Shown: one piece after another, positions 8,800-18,953 of the stretch
Layout of the letters: every line of letters starts with the position of its first letter
Position numbering within the stretch: the stretch's first letter is position 1
From: Thermodesulfovibrionales bacterium
GTDB taxonomy: Bacteria; Nitrospirota; Thermodesulfovibrionia; Thermodesulfovibrionales; UBA9159
DNA length: 49,082 nt
NCBI GenBank assembly: GCA_035622735.1
Contig: DASPUT010000023.1
Span: 1-49,082 of the forward strand
Direction: 5' to 3'
The notes under the pieces: generated by a model
Told to the model about the DNA's origin: nothing
Databases searched by the model: none
Seen by the model: only the letters and a program-made list of their open reading frames with translations
Position numbers and translations under genes: made by a program

Positions 8800-9585
8800 C
8801 TATTTCCCGTTCTGTTGAAGAATCGTGAGATCTCCTGTATGTATCGTCCTGATTTCGCCTGTCCGTACCTTGAGGAGTAACATGCCATGCTCATCTATAT
8901 CTTCGGCGGTTCCGGTGAGGACTTCGGCTCCGGTCGTGACCCTAACAGTCTTCCCGAGTGTTGAGGAGAGGCGGCGCCATTCATCGAGCATTACCTTCCT
9001 CTCGTCTCCCATGAGAGCATCGTACCAGCATGCCATCTCATTGAGTATACCCGCGACGAGGACATCCTTCTGCTGTTCCCTCGATGCCTCTATCTTGAGA
9101 GACGTTGCCGTATCCCTCAATTCCGGAGGGAAGGCGTCGCCGTCTGCATTCGCGTTGATCCCGATGCCGATCACGGCAAAGATGATACGTTCGCCGGCTG
9201 ATTTAATCTCGGTGAGAATGCCTCCCACTTTCTTATTCCCAATCATCAGGTCATTGGGCCATTTTATCGTTATCGGAAGCGCCGTCCCTTCTCTCAATGC
9301 ACGCGCGCAGGCAATCGACGCCGCCATTGTCAGAAACGTTGCATTCCCCGACGTGATGCCGGGCCTGAGAATCAGGCTCATGTAAATATTGGTCCCGGAG
9401 AGAGATGCCCACGTTCTCCCGAGTCTCCCCTTGCCCTTCGTCTGACTCTCGGCAATGACCACCGTTCCATGGGGCGCCCCGGTCCCGCCCAATTCCATGG
9501 CAAAGGTATTAGTAGAAACGACTGTCCTGAGGACGACCAGGTTCCTCCCGATTGTTCCCTTGATCAGGGCTGGTAGCTGCTCCAT
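8800..9585 (-). CDS. birA: Biotin--[acetyl-CoA-carboxylase] ligase (no N-terminal HTH)
   Basis: It has the GKGRLGRTWAS (GRGRxGRxW) motif, KWPNDL, and a C-terminal SH3-like tail. Confidence 0.9.
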   Translation of the reverse strand: MEQLPALIKGTIGRNLVVLRTVVSTNTFAMELGGTGAPHGTVVIAESQTKGKGRLGRTWASLSGTNIYMSLILRPGITSGNATFLTMAASIACARALREGTALPITIKWPNDLMIGNKKVGGILTEIKSAGERIIFAVIGIGINANADGDAFPPELRDTATSLKIEASREQQKDVLVAGILNEMACWYDALMGDERKVMLDEWRRLSSTLGKTVRVTTGAEVLTGTAEDIDEHGMLLLKVRTGEIRTIHTGDLTILQQNGK

Positions 9586-9690
9586 TTCGGTTGCATTATA
9601 TCACAAGAAAGTCGGTCCACGTCCCTCACGGAAGAATACGGCGATGGGGATAACCCTCCCGGACAACCTCTTCGCCAAAGCGATCTTCGA

Positions 9691-11730
9691 TTATCTTCTT
9701 TTCGCCACCCGTTTTCTCACCTTCGGCTTATCAGGGGCCGTTGACGTCCCGAGTCCAACCTCGAGCAGGCTCTTCTTTATTTCCTTGATCCTCTCCCTCA
9801 GCACAACGGCCTTTTCGAAGTCCAGCTTCCCGGCTGCCTCTTTCATCTCCTTTTCGAGCCTTTTTATCGTCTCCTCATCATTCGCGTACGGGGAAGCATC
9901 TTCCGCTGCTGAAACCGTCCAGTAATCGGACTCATAGATCGAACTCAGGATGTCTTTAATACTCGATTTCACCGTCTCCGGCGTTATCCCCATCTTTGCA
10001 TTGTATCTCTTCTGAACTCTCCTTCTCCTTTCCGTTTCCTCCATAGCCCTCTTAATGGAACCGGTGATGGTGTCAGCGTAAAGGATCACTTCACCGTTCA
10101 GGTTCCTCGCGGCCCTTCCCGCTGTCTGTATCAACGACCGTTCTGAACGGAGAAAGCCCTCCTTGTCGGCATCGAGGATTGCGACAAGAGATACCTCAGG
10201 AAGGTCAAGTCCCTCCCTCAGGAGATTCACCCCGATAAGGACATCGTATTTGCCCTGCCTCAGATCCCGCAACAACTCGACTCTCTGGAGGGTATCGATG
10301 TCAGAATGGAGGAACCGCGCCCTCACCCCTAATTCGATATAATAATCGGTCAGGTCTTCCGCCATCTTCTTTGTGAGCGTTGTAACGAGGATCCGTTCAC
10401 CCTTTCCCGCCCTCTTTCTGATTTCGGAAAGGAGGTCATCCACCTGTCCCGCAATCGGTCTCACCTTCATCTCAGGGTCTATGAGGCCCGTGGGCCTTAT
10501 CAACTGTTCGACGACTCCGCTCCGCGACTTTTCGAGCTCGTAAGGTCCCGGTGTCGCTGATACGTAGATCACCTGTCTCACTCGGTGCTCGAATTCTCTG
10601 AAGGTTAAGGGCCGGTTATCCAGGGCAGATGGCAGTCTGAAGCCAAAATTGACCAGGGTCTGTTTCCGCGACCTGTCTCCTTCGTACATCCCCCCCAGTT
10701 GCGGAACCGTTGCATGAGACTCGTCAATTATGATGAGGAAGTCTTCCGGAAAGTAGTCAATGAGGGTATATGACGGTTCACCGGCTGCCCTTCCGCTCAG
10801 GTGTCTCGAGTAGTTTTCTATTCCGTGGCAGTACCCGAATTCCTTAAGCATTTCGAGGTCGAACCTCGTTCTCTGCTCGATCCGCCGAGTCTCGAGAATC
10901 TTGCCCTCCTTGAGGAAATATTCGACCTGTTCTTTCATCTCGGCCTCTATCAGCTTGAGTGCAGGTTCGAGACGTTCCCGCGGCGTTATCCAGTGGCTGT
11001 TCGGAAAGAGCGCAAATTCGTTGAGCCTCTTCAGCACATCGCCGGTGAGGGGTTCGAACTCATAAAGGGCGTCGATGTCGTCCCCAAAAAATTCGAGCCT
11101 GACAGCCTTGTCGATAGAGAAAGACGGATACACCTCTATGATGTCTCCGCGCACCCTGAAGGTCCCTCGCCTGAAATCCGTGTCGGAGCGGATATACTGC
11201 ATATCGACAAGCCTTTCGAGGAGACTGTCCCTCTCGGTATGCATCCCTTCCTCGATTACAAGATGCATGTCCCGGTAATCCTGGGGGGAGCCGATGCCAT
11301 AGATGCACGAAACAGATGCGACGACAATGGTATCCCTCCGCTCAAGGACAGCCCTTGTGGCGGAATGGCGCAACCTGTCGATGTCGTCATTGATCATCGC
11401 GTCCTTCTCGATGTAGGTGTCGGTCGTGGGAATGTAGGCCTCGGGCTGATAGTAGTCATAATAGCTGACGAAAAACTCAACAGCATTTTCAGGAAATAAT
11501 TCCTTGAATTCGCCATACAGCTGGGCCGCAAGGGTCTTGTTATGGGCGATGACGAGGGTCGGCCTGTTCACCTTCGCAACAACGCTAGCTACCGTGAATG
11601 TCTTTCCCGAACCGGTGACCCCGAGGAGGACCTGATGGTTCAGGCCTCTTCCTATGCCTTCGGCTAATGAGCTGATCGCTTTTGGCTGGTCGCCTTTCGG
11701 GGTAAAGCCTGTTGAGAGCTTAAAGTCCAT
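9691..11730 (-). CDS. uvrB: Excinuclease ABC subunit B
   Basis: The 679-aa ORF has Walker [13 protein letters not shown], helicase motifs, and a C-terminal UVR coiled coil ([18 protein letters not shown]). Confidence 0.97.
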   Translation of the reverse strand: MDFKLSTGFTPKGDQPKAISSLAEGIGRGLNHQVLLGVTGSGKTFTVASVVAKVNRPTLVIAHNKTLAAQLYGEFKELFPENAVEFFVSYYDYYQPEAYIPTTDTYIEKDAMINDDIDRLRHSATRAVLERRDTIVVASVSCIYGIGSPQDYRDMHLVIEEGMHTERDSLLERLVDMQYIRSDTDFRRGTFRVRGDIIEVYPSFSIDKAVRLEFFGDDIDALYEFEPLTGDVLKRLNEFALFPNSHWITPRERLEPALKLIEAEMKEQVEYFLKEGKILETRRIEQRTRFDLEMLKEFGYCHGIENYSRHLSGRAAGEPSYTLIDYFPEDFLIIIDESHATVPQLGGMYEGDRSRKQTLVNFGFRLPSALDNRPLTFREFEHRVRQVIYVSATPGPYELEKSRSGVVEQLIRPTGLIDPEMKVRPIAGQVDDLLSEIRKRAGKGERILVTTLTKKMAEDLTDYYIELGVRARFLHSDIDTLQRVELLRDLRQGKYDVLIGVNLLREGLDLPEVSLVAILDADKEGFLRSERSLIQTAGRAARNLNGEVILYADTITGSIKRAMEETERRRRVQKRYNAKMGITPETVKSSIKDILSSIYESDYWTVSAAEDASPYANDEETIKRLEKEMKEAAGKLDFEKAVVLRERIKEIKKSLLEVGLGTSTAPDKPKVRKRVAKRR

Positions 11731-11817
11731 GATTCAGTCTATCAATCAAGGTGAAGGAGGGTCAAGGATAAGTAGAGAATCGAACCGCCCGCTGGGAATA
11801 ACGTAATTCGTGACGAA

Positions 11818-12618
11818 TTAATCCGATGGTTTTTGCAGCTCAATATGAGCAGACGGGAAATCTCTTCCCTGCTCCGGTGAATGGTCATCGCCTTCGGTGA
11901 CTTCGTCATAGTGAGGGATGACAATTCCCCTCCTGACCATAATGGTGTAAATGAGATTTGAACGGCTGACTACGTACCGCTGATCCCCATTGGGGTTATA
12001 TTTCCTCGGGTTCGGAAGAACCGCAGCGAGCCGCGCAGCATCCTCCGGCTTGAGTTGCGATGCGGGCTTCCCGAAATAGTGCATCGAAGCGGCTTCGATC
12101 CCGAATATCCCTTCGCCCCACTCTATGACATTGAGATAGATTTCGAGGATCCGCTTTTTCGAAAGGACCTGCTCCATCCTCCAGGTTATTATCGCCTCAG
12201 CAATTTTTCGGAGCGGGTTCTTTGAAGGCGAAAGATAGAGATTCTTTGCGAGCTGCTGACTTATCGTGCTGCCGCCGAGCCTGAACTTCTTTGCCTTTAT
12301 GTCCTTCTCAACAGCCTTCTCTATCGCCTCGTAGTCGAACCCCTCGTGCTTGTAGAACTTGTCATCCTCCGCGATGAGGACCGCCCTGATGAGATAGGGA
12401 GATACCTTCGAAAGGGGCACCCAGGCCTGGTAAATCTTGACTTTCTTCCCTTTCTCTTTCCATTCTCTCTCCCGATACTCCATGAGGGAGGTCCTTTTCG
12501 GGTTTTCTTTCCTGAGACGCGAAATGTCCGGCATGAAGAAGAAATAGGAGAGGGAGAGGAGAATGAGGAGAATAAGAAAGAGCGAAGAAGCCACCTTGAA
12601 AATCTGACGTTTAGTCAC
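11818..12618 (-). CDS. mtgA: Monofunctional biosynthetic peptidoglycan transglycosylase
   Basis: It has an N-terminal TM helix and the GT51 motifs AEDDKFYKHEGFD, GGSTISQQLAKN and RKIAEA. Confidence 0.9.
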   Translation of the reverse strand: MTKRQIFKVASSLFLILLILLSLSYFFFMPDISRLRKENPKRTSLMEYREREWKEKGKKVKIYQAWVPLSKVSPYLIRAVLIAEDDKFYKHEGFDYEAIEKAVEKDIKAKKFRLGGSTISQQLAKNLYLSPSKNPLRKIAEAIITWRMEQVLSKKRILEIYLNVIEWGEGIFGIEAASMHYFGKPASQLKPEDAARLAAVLPNPRKYNPNGDQRYVVSRSNLIYTIMVRRGIVIPHYDEVTEGDDHSPEQGRDFPSAHIELQKPSD

Positions 12619-12645
12619 CGCTACAGAAATCTTCTTAAGTCCCTC

Positions 12646-13164
12646 TTATTGAAGTGGTCCCTTGATGAGACGGACATCGTCGATCCAGACCGTGCCCTTT
12701 CCGTTGATTACGAGATTGAGTTTTATGAGGTCAGGTTTTTCACCCTTCTTGAGGAAAAAAGGGGTTTCTGCCGTGGACCAATTCGTCGTTCCGGACAGAG
12801 GGTTCTGGAGGCCCCGCGAGAAGAACTCGCCCTTGCCCGGGAAATGACACCACATCTCGAGATAGACCTGGCCTTCTACGTTCTCCGTTCGGAGTTTTGC
12901 CTGGTACGTCAACCGAGCGTCTTCGACATCAATATCGTTCACCTCAAAGAGTCTCACTACCGTCGGTCCGGGTGCGGTGATCCTCAGAGAACCCTTGCCG
13001 TCGCTTGAAGTCTCTTTGTCGATTACGGCACCGGACTGCGTGATAATCCCGTCAAGACTGTCGAGGGGATATCTCTTCAGTTCTACCACCTGCTGGGAAG
13101 CCTTTGAACATCCGAGACTACAAAAGATCACGACACATATGCAGACGACGAGAAATGTCCTCAT
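12646..13164 (-). CDS. Hypothetical lipoprotein
   Basis: It has a signal peptide with a lipobox-like SLGC and a beta-rich body ending in GKGTVWIDDVRLIKG. I recognised no catalytic motif. Confidence 0.6.
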   Translation of the reverse strand: MRTFLVVCICVVIFCSLGCSKASQQVVELKRYPLDSLDGIITQSGAVIDKETSSDGKGSLRITAPGPTVVRLFEVNDIDVEDARLTYQAKLRTENVEGQVYLEMWCHFPGKGEFFSRGLQNPLSGTTNWSTAETPFFLKKGEKPDLIKLNLVINGKGTVWIDDVRLIKGPLQ

Positions 13165-13189
13165 GTCTTGGCCTCCTGATCGATACTCA

Positions 13190-14068
13190 TCACTTTACGA
13201 TCTCTGTCCCGATCCCCTTCTTTGTGAATATCTCGAGAAGGAGACAGTGCGGAACCCTGCCGTCTATGATATGGGTCTTTTTCACCCCGGCGTCGAGGGC
13301 GCGGGTACAGGCCTGGACCTTCGGCAGCATCCCGCCCGAAATGACTTTCTCGCCGATAAGCTCCATGATATCCCTTTTGTCGAGCGTCGAGAGGATCTTA
13401 CCCTCGCTGTCCTTTATCCCTTCCACATCGGTAAGGAGCATCAATTTTTCGGCCTTTAGCGAGGAGGCGATCGATGACGCCACGTAATCGGCATTGATGT
13501 TGTAGGCTTCACCTTTGGCCCCGACCCCTATGGGAGAGATGACAGCGATGAAACCGGGCTTTTCGAGTGAGTCCAGTATCGCCGGATCTACGGATTCGAC
13601 CTCTCCCACCAGTCCGATGTCGATGGTCTCCTCACGACCCTTCTTTGCCGGCTTCTTCAGGAGTTTCTTTTTTGCCCTGATGAGACCTCCATCCTTACCG
13701 CTCAAGCCAACCGCTCTGCCCCCGTGACTATTTATCAACGCGACGATCTCCTTATTGATGAGGCCGCCGAGTACCATCTCCACGATATCCATGGTCTCGC
13801 GGTCAGTCACCCGCTGACCCTCAACGAAGGTCGGCTCCTTGCCCATCTTCTTCATCATGTGGCTGATCTTCGGTCCTCCGCCGTGTACGATCACTGGCCG
13901 TATGCCGATGAAGCTGAGGAGGACCACGTCCTGAGCAAAGGAGTTCTTCAAGGCGTCCTCAACCTGTGCGGCACCGCCATACTTTATGACGACGGTCTTG
14001 CCGTAAAAATTCCGGATATACGGCAGGGCTTCGACTAAGATGTTCGCCTTCTCAACTAAGTGTTTCAC
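13190..14068 (-). CDS. argB: Acetylglutamate kinase
   Basis: Motifs VIKYGG, VHGGGP, NINAD and a GGM..K tail are typical of ArgB. Confidence 0.95.
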   Translation of the reverse strand: MKHLVEKANILVEALPYIRNFYGKTVVIKYGGAAQVEDALKNSFAQDVVLLSFIGIRPVIVHGGGPKISHMMKKMGKEPTFVEGQRVTDRETMDIVEMVLGGLINKEIVALINSHGGRAVGLSGKDGGLIRAKKKLLKKPAKKGREETIDIGLVGEVESVDPAILDSLEKPGFIAVISPIGVGAKGEAYNINADYVASSIASSLKAEKLMLLTDVEGIKDSEGKILSTLDKRDIMELIGEKVISGGMLPKVQACTRALDAGVKKTHIIDGRVPHCLLLEIFTKKGIGTEIVK

Positions 14069-14075
14069 GGCTTAA

Positions 14076-14657
14076 TCACTCCGCGCATGGGATGCAGACG
14101 GCCTTCCCCTCTTTGACCCGTGCCCTCGGTTCCGCAACCTTCTCTCCGCACCTCGCACACGTGATGCTCTGGTATATCTTTGCCTCGGGGGGGAGGGGGA
14201 TATTCACCTTCTTTATTGTCAGGAGTTCCGATGCTGAGGCCTCCAGAATAGCCTCTGTCTTCCGCGTTTTTCTGTCATGCACGGCCTGTAAAACATCCTC
14301 AGAGCGGTCACCCTCTGCATAACGCTTCCAGACCTTCTTCTCTCCCTCCGTCTCGGGAGGGGGAGTAAAATCTATCGCGATCCGCACCGCCTCGCCGGAC
14401 GGTCTCTCTATGAATGAATAAACCTGCTTCCCGTGATCTTTGAAGATGAGATTTCCCTTTCCGAAGGTGCAGCCAGTCAGAACCTGAATGGCATCGACAG
14501 CGCACGAATCGTTCTCGACTATCGCGACGAGCTCTTCATCCTCGGAGATCCCTTTCATGGCCAGTTTCTCCATTGCCGCCTTTGCAACTCGGTAGCCCAG
14601 CGCAAGCCCCGGGCAGCTATGGCCGTGAAATTCGACAACCTCTCCGAAGGTCTTCAT
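14076..14657 (-). CDS. FmdE family protein with a C-terminal zinc ribbon
   Basis: It has FHGHSCPGLALGYR, CAVDAIQ, and CARCGEKV...CIPC. Confidence 0.85.
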   Translation of the reverse strand: MKTFGEVVEFHGHSCPGLALGYRVAKAAMEKLAMKGISEDEELVAIVENDSCAVDAIQVLTGCTFGKGNLIFKDHGKQVYSFIERPSGEAVRIAIDFTPPPETEGEKKVWKRYAEGDRSEDVLQAVHDRKTRKTEAILEASASELLTIKKVNIPLPPEAKIYQSITCARCGEKVAEPRARVKEGKAVCIPCAE

Positions 14658-14766
14658 TGCATCGATTTTACACCAAAGAGACGATTTTTAAAAGGACCGA
14701 ACGCGATGCTTCCATGACGAATGCCGAACTCTCCCTATGCTTTTTATTGGCAACATGTGGCGCCGT

Positions 14767-17436
14767 TCAGGCACGTTCTCCTCGCAGCGTCCTCACGCGT
14801 TCCCTTATCTCATCGGAGAAGAATTGATAGTCATCGGTGCCTTCAGGTTTTCTCGTGAAGTCCATTTCCGACGGGTAAAGGGCATTCCCGAAAGTGAGCC
14901 GTATCTTCTCGATTCTCGGCCACAGTGCGCCTCGCGGCAAGGCACGAAAGGTGCCTTCGATTAAGACCGGTACGACCGGGATGTTATGCTCAACGGCGAG
15001 GATGCCGATGCCTTTCTTGAATTCCATGAGGGTTCCATCGGGAGACCTCCCTCCTTCGGGGAATATGCAGAGGGACCTCCCGTTCCTGAGGACGTAGGAA
15101 GAGAGCTGAAAGGCCTTGCCGAGGAACGTTTCGGGATCGATCGGTATGACGTGGGCGAGTCTCGCGAAGAGGGAGAGGAGGCGACCCGTGAAATACTTCT
15201 GATACCCCTGGAAATATAACACCTTGAAGATATCTTCCGGAACAGCGGAGCCGACGACAAATCCATCCATGTTACTGCAGTGATTCGGCGCAATGATGAA
15301 CGGCGATGCCGGAAGGCTTTCGCTGCCCCTGACTTCGAACCTGAAAATGGACCTCAGGATAACTCTGAGAACCGCAAGAAGAACCACAATGAGAGACCAC
15401 TCAATCCTGCCTTGTCCGAGCCCTATTCTCGCCCTTTCCTCATCCGTCGGTTCTTCGGCAAAGACATCCTTCCAGAATGGTTTCTCCTCTCGCTCCGCAG
15501 AACCCTTCAACGCAAATTCTTTTATGCTCGCGACAAGTTCACCGACGGTCTGGACCGTCGATGCAAACGTCTCCGGTAGCTTCAGAGAGAAAGCCCTCTC
15601 GAGAGCGACGACAAGCTCGACCCTCTGAAGAGAGTCGAAGCCAAGGTCGAGTTCGAGGCTGTCAGACATTCGGACCGTCTGTTGCTCCTTCAAGAACCTG
15701 GAAATACATTCTGCAACGACCCTTCCGATTTCATCTCTCAGTAATTCCGGGTCTTCTCCCCCTGACTCTCGATTCTTGGCTCTCTTCTCGTCAAGCAATC
15801 CCCTTATCATATGTCTCTTCAATTTCCCGAGAGGCGTTCTCGGCAGAGGGCCGGGATAAAGCGTGAAACCTTTCAGCCTCGCGTAGGGCGGTTGTTTCAT
15901 AGAGACCCCGTTTATTGCGGATCTCAGGGATTCATGGATGTTCCCTATACGCTCCTTTCTCGCACAGTCGAGGTCAGGCACAATGATTCCATGAAGAGAC
16001 GCCGCGCCTCCGCGGGCCCCATAATGGGTGACACAGAGTTCTTTTATTAACGGGATTTTCAGGTACGCCCTCTCGACGTCCTCGGGATAGACATTCTTCC
16101 CGGAACTGAGGACGATAACCTCCTTCACCCTCCCGGTAATGAAAAGGTAGTTCTCGCCATCGAGATAGCCGAGGTCTCCGCTCATAAACCAGCCGTCGCG
16201 AACGACCTCCGCGGTAGAAACAGGGTTCCTGTAATAGCCTCTCATAACCATCGGTCCTCGGATAGCTATCTCCCCTTCTCCGGCCTCCGACGGGCTCACG
16301 ATCTTTATCTCGACGGACGGAAGGGGCTTTCCCGCGGAGCCGGGTTTTCTCTTCGCCAGGGGATTGAAGGTCACAATAGGAGATGTTTCGGTCAGGCCGT
16401 ATCCTTCAAGCACCGTGAACCCGAGGGCCTCAAGGTCTTTCATCACTGAAGGGTCAAGCCGGGCTCCGCCGCAGGCGAAGAATCTAAATCGGGCGCCGAA
16501 TGCGCGACGTACGGATCCGAACGCCCACTTGCCCAGGTTCAGGCCCGTCAGTCCTCTCAGCCTGCCGCAGAGATTCAGGAGCGCTCTCAGGGAAAAGGCA
16601 ACGGCTGCGGGCGTCTCCTGAAACCTTCTCAGGATGCCGTTCCGCATGAGTTCGAGAATCTGGGGCACGGCGATGAGGATCGTCACCCCCCTGTCCTTCA
16701 TTGTCGAGATGAGTTCGGGCCCTTTCATCCCGAGCGGGTATGTAATGGTCGCGCCGAGAAAGACAGGAACGAGGAAGGTGCACATGAACGAATAGGTGTG
16801 ATGAAGGGGGAGGATCGAGAGTACGTTGTCTCCACGCGTCACAATCCCCGCGCTTATCGCCGCCTCAGCATCGGAACAGAAATTCCGGTGTGACAGCATC
16901 ACCCCTTTCGGGTTTCCCGTCGTTCCCGAGGTGTATAGGATGGATGCCAGATCCTCCTCTGAGATCTTTTTTCTATCCTCACCAAATGGAGACGGACGAA
17001 GGCGCTGGGAAGTGTCACCGGCGATGCCGCACTCTTCCCGAAACTCGTCTGAATCCAGGTTCATCGTCTTGACCGTGACCCTCACATTTTCCGCTGTTTT
17101 CTCGCTCTGAAATAAAAAGACTGCCCTGGAGTCTAAAAGGAGGTTCCCCACCTCATCAGGCCCGAGCTGCGCGTCTATGGGGACAGCCACCCCACCCGCC
17201 ATGAGGATTCCAAGATACGAGACACACCACTCAAACCTATTTTCTGAGAGAATCGCTACTCTGTCGCCGTTCTTAATCCCGGTCTTCATCAGATGCGATG
17301 CTATCCCCTCCGTGCACTTCAGGAAATCTCTGTAGGTGACTGTTTTCCAGGAGCCGTCAAAATATGCGAAGGCTATATCGTCGGAATAAAGTTCTGCAGA
17401 GTTCAGGAACCGGCCTATTATGGTGTCACCTTTCAA
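14767..17436 (-). CDS. Triple-domain acyl-AMP ligase / carrier protein / 1-acyl-glycerol-3-phosphate-type acyltransferase
   Basis: Residues 1-550 are AMP-binding (YTSGTTGNPKGV, GYGLTE, GDLGY). Residues ~565-645 form a PP-binding domain (LGFDSLQRVEL, Ser602). A TM stretch follows, then a PlsC domain with NHCSNMD (HX4D) and FPEGGRS. Confidence 0.85.
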   Translation of the reverse strand: MKGDTIIGRFLNSAELYSDDIAFAYFDGSWKTVTYRDFLKCTEGIASHLMKTGIKNGDRVAILSENRFEWCVSYLGILMAGGVAVPIDAQLGPDEVGNLLLDSRAVFLFQSEKTAENVRVTVKTMNLDSDEFREECGIAGDTSQRLRPSPFGEDRKKISEEDLASILYTSGTTGNPKGVMLSHRNFCSDAEAAISAGIVTRGDNVLSILPLHHTYSFMCTFLVPVFLGATITYPLGMKGPELISTMKDRGVTILIAVPQILELMRNGILRRFQETPAAVAFSLRALLNLCGRLRGLTGLNLGKWAFGSVRRAFGARFRFFACGGARLDPSVMKDLEALGFTVLEGYGLTETSPIVTFNPLAKRKPGSAGKPLPSVEIKIVSPSEAGEGEIAIRGPMVMRGYYRNPVSTAEVVRDGWFMSGDLGYLDGENYLFITGRVKEVIVLSSGKNVYPEDVERAYLKIPLIKELCVTHYGARGGAASLHGIIVPDLDCARKERIGNIHESLRSAINGVSMKQPPYARLKGFTLYPGPLPRTPLGKLKRHMIRGLLDEKRAKNRESGGEDPELLRDEIGRVVAECISRFLKEQQTVRMSDSLELDLGFDSLQRVELVVALERAFSLKLPETFASTVQTVGELVASIKEFALKGSAEREEKPFWKDVFAEEPTDEERARIGLGQGRIEWSLIVVLLAVLRVILRSIFRFEVRGSESLPASPFIIAPNHCSNMDGFVVGSAVPEDIFKVLYFQGYQKYFTGRLLSLFARLAHVIPIDPETFLGKAFQLSSYVLRNGRSLCIFPEGGRSPDGTLMEFKKGIGILAVEHNIPVVPVLIEGTFRALPRGALWPRIEKIRLTFGNALYPSEMDFTRKPEGTDDYQFFSDEIRERVRTLRGERA

Positions 17437-17547
17437 AGTTTAACCCGGAAGTCAATGGTGACGGACATGTGTCAGGAGAGATGAAGAACGGGCAACGGAG
17501 ACGATGTAAAATTCGGAGGCCTGCTGCTGCCTCTCATCTGCTGATGC

Positions 17548-17976
17548 TCACCGGTTTGGTTTACCCAGAATCGACTTGATCTCATCTATCGCTTCCGTTG
17601 CGATCCGCCTCACTTCGTCATGCTCATCATGCAGGGCCTCAGACAAGAAAGGGATGGCCTCGCGGTTGCCGGTAATCCCCAGGAGATAGGCGGCATCGCC
17701 CCTGATGGTGGGGTTTTCGTTGTCGAGGAGAGCGACAATGGAAGGGATTGAAAGCGCGATATTCCCCGCGTCTTCCTCGGCAAGGGTCTCGAAAAGGGCC
17801 GAAATGCCGAGCCTGACACGCATTCTCTCATCTTTCATGAGGTCGCCGATCAGGGGATAGAGGCCCCTGTCGTGTTTGAACATGTCGACGATATTTTCGA
17901 GGAAGCCCTTTTCCATGTAATCGCCGATCATCGCCTTCATATCGAACGCATTCGTCATCGTAAAATAGCATACCAC
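17548..17976 (-). CDS. HEAT-repeat (PBS-lyase-like) protein
   Basis: It contains repeated units of the form ..ENPTIRGDAAYLLGITGNREAIPFLSEALHDEHDEVRRIATEAIDEI. Confidence 0.7.
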   Translation of the reverse strand: MVCYFTMTNAFDMKAMIGDYMEKGFLENIVDMFKHDRGLYPLIGDLMKDERMRVRLGISALFETLAEEDAGNIALSIPSIVALLDNENPTIRGDAAYLLGITGNREAIPFLSEALHDEHDEVRRIATEAIDEIKSILGKPNR

Positions 17977-17998
17977 AAATAAAACCCTGTCAAGCGCG

Positions 17999-18700
17999 CT
18001 ATGCCGGACCGGGCCGATCGGAAGGACGACGGAGTTCCAGAACCTCTGCGCCTTTCCCGATCAAGACGATGTCAGTCATGGCAATGAAGAGGCCGTGCTC
18101 CACCACGCCGGGCATGTGAGAGAGTTCACCCGCAAGCCCTGCAGGATCGGGAATCTCCCCGAAGCTGCAGTCCAGGATATGATGACCCTCATCCGTGACG
18201 AACTGCCGTCCTTTCCGGTCTTTTCGCACGGTAACGGAAGCGCCGAGCGCTTCGATGCGCCGGGCCAGCAGGGCCTGTGCGAAAGGTACGACCTCTACGG
18301 GCAGTGGAAAATTTCCGAGCGCCGGGACCTGCTTGCTCGCATCCGCGATGATAACCACTGTATGGGAGGCGCTGGCAACGATCTTCTCGCGCAGGAGGGC
18401 ACCACCACCACCCTTAATGAGATTGAGAGCGGGGTCGATTTCATCGGCGCCGTCGATCGTCACATCGATCTCCGAACATTCGTCGAAGGTCGTCAGGGGG
18501 ATACCGAGACCTGCCGCCAGGACCCGTGAGTTAACGGAGGTGGGGATGGCGCGGATTTTCAGGCCGGCCTGCACGAGTTCTCCCAGGAGGCGGATCGCGT
18601 GCGAGGCGGTAGAGCCGGTCCCGAGCCCCACTACATAGCCATCCCGGACGAAGGCGAGACTTCGTCCGGCCGCTGCCTGTTTTTCCCGTTCACTTGCCAT
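17999..18700 (-). CDS. rpiA: Ribose-5-phosphate isomerase A
   Basis: Motifs GLGTGSTA, DGADE and KGGGGALLREK are present. The ORF extends to 18817, but the RpiA-length start is the MASEREKQAA Met at 18700. Confidence 0.9.
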   Translation of the reverse strand: MASEREKQAAAGRSLAFVRDGYVVGLGTGSTASHAIRLLGELVQAGLKIRAIPTSVNSRVLAAGLGIPLTTFDECSEIDVTIDGADEIDPALNLIKGGGGALLREKIVASASHTVVIIADASKQVPALGNFPLPVEVVPFAQALLARRIEALGASVTVRKDRKGRQFVTDEGHHILDCSFGEIPDPAGLAGELSHMPGVVEHGLFIAMTDIVLIGKGAEVLELRRPSDRPGPA

Positions 18701-18884
18701 TGCGGTTCGACGTTGCGCTGCCGGCATCGATATGCTCACGGACAGCGCTCGTGGCCTCTCATAATCTTCGGTACAGATAATAGTTGATATCTCGCGCGTA
18801 TCACCTCTTTTTATCATACGGCGCGACGCCTGTCAAGGAGATACAGGTCCCTCATCACGGAACCGATTGGGATAGCGCTGATTG

Positions 18885-18893
18885 TGGTATACT
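18885..18893 (+). promoter_or_regulatory. Extended -10 element (TGGTATACT) upstream of ettA
   Basis: The match to TGnTATAAT lies about 60 nt before the ATG at 18954. The -35 element is weak. Confidence 0.3.
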
Positions 18894-18953
18894 TCAAAAC
18901 CGTTACTGCCTTGACGAGAAGATTATCGGTCTGAAGGAAGGATCTGGAATGCG

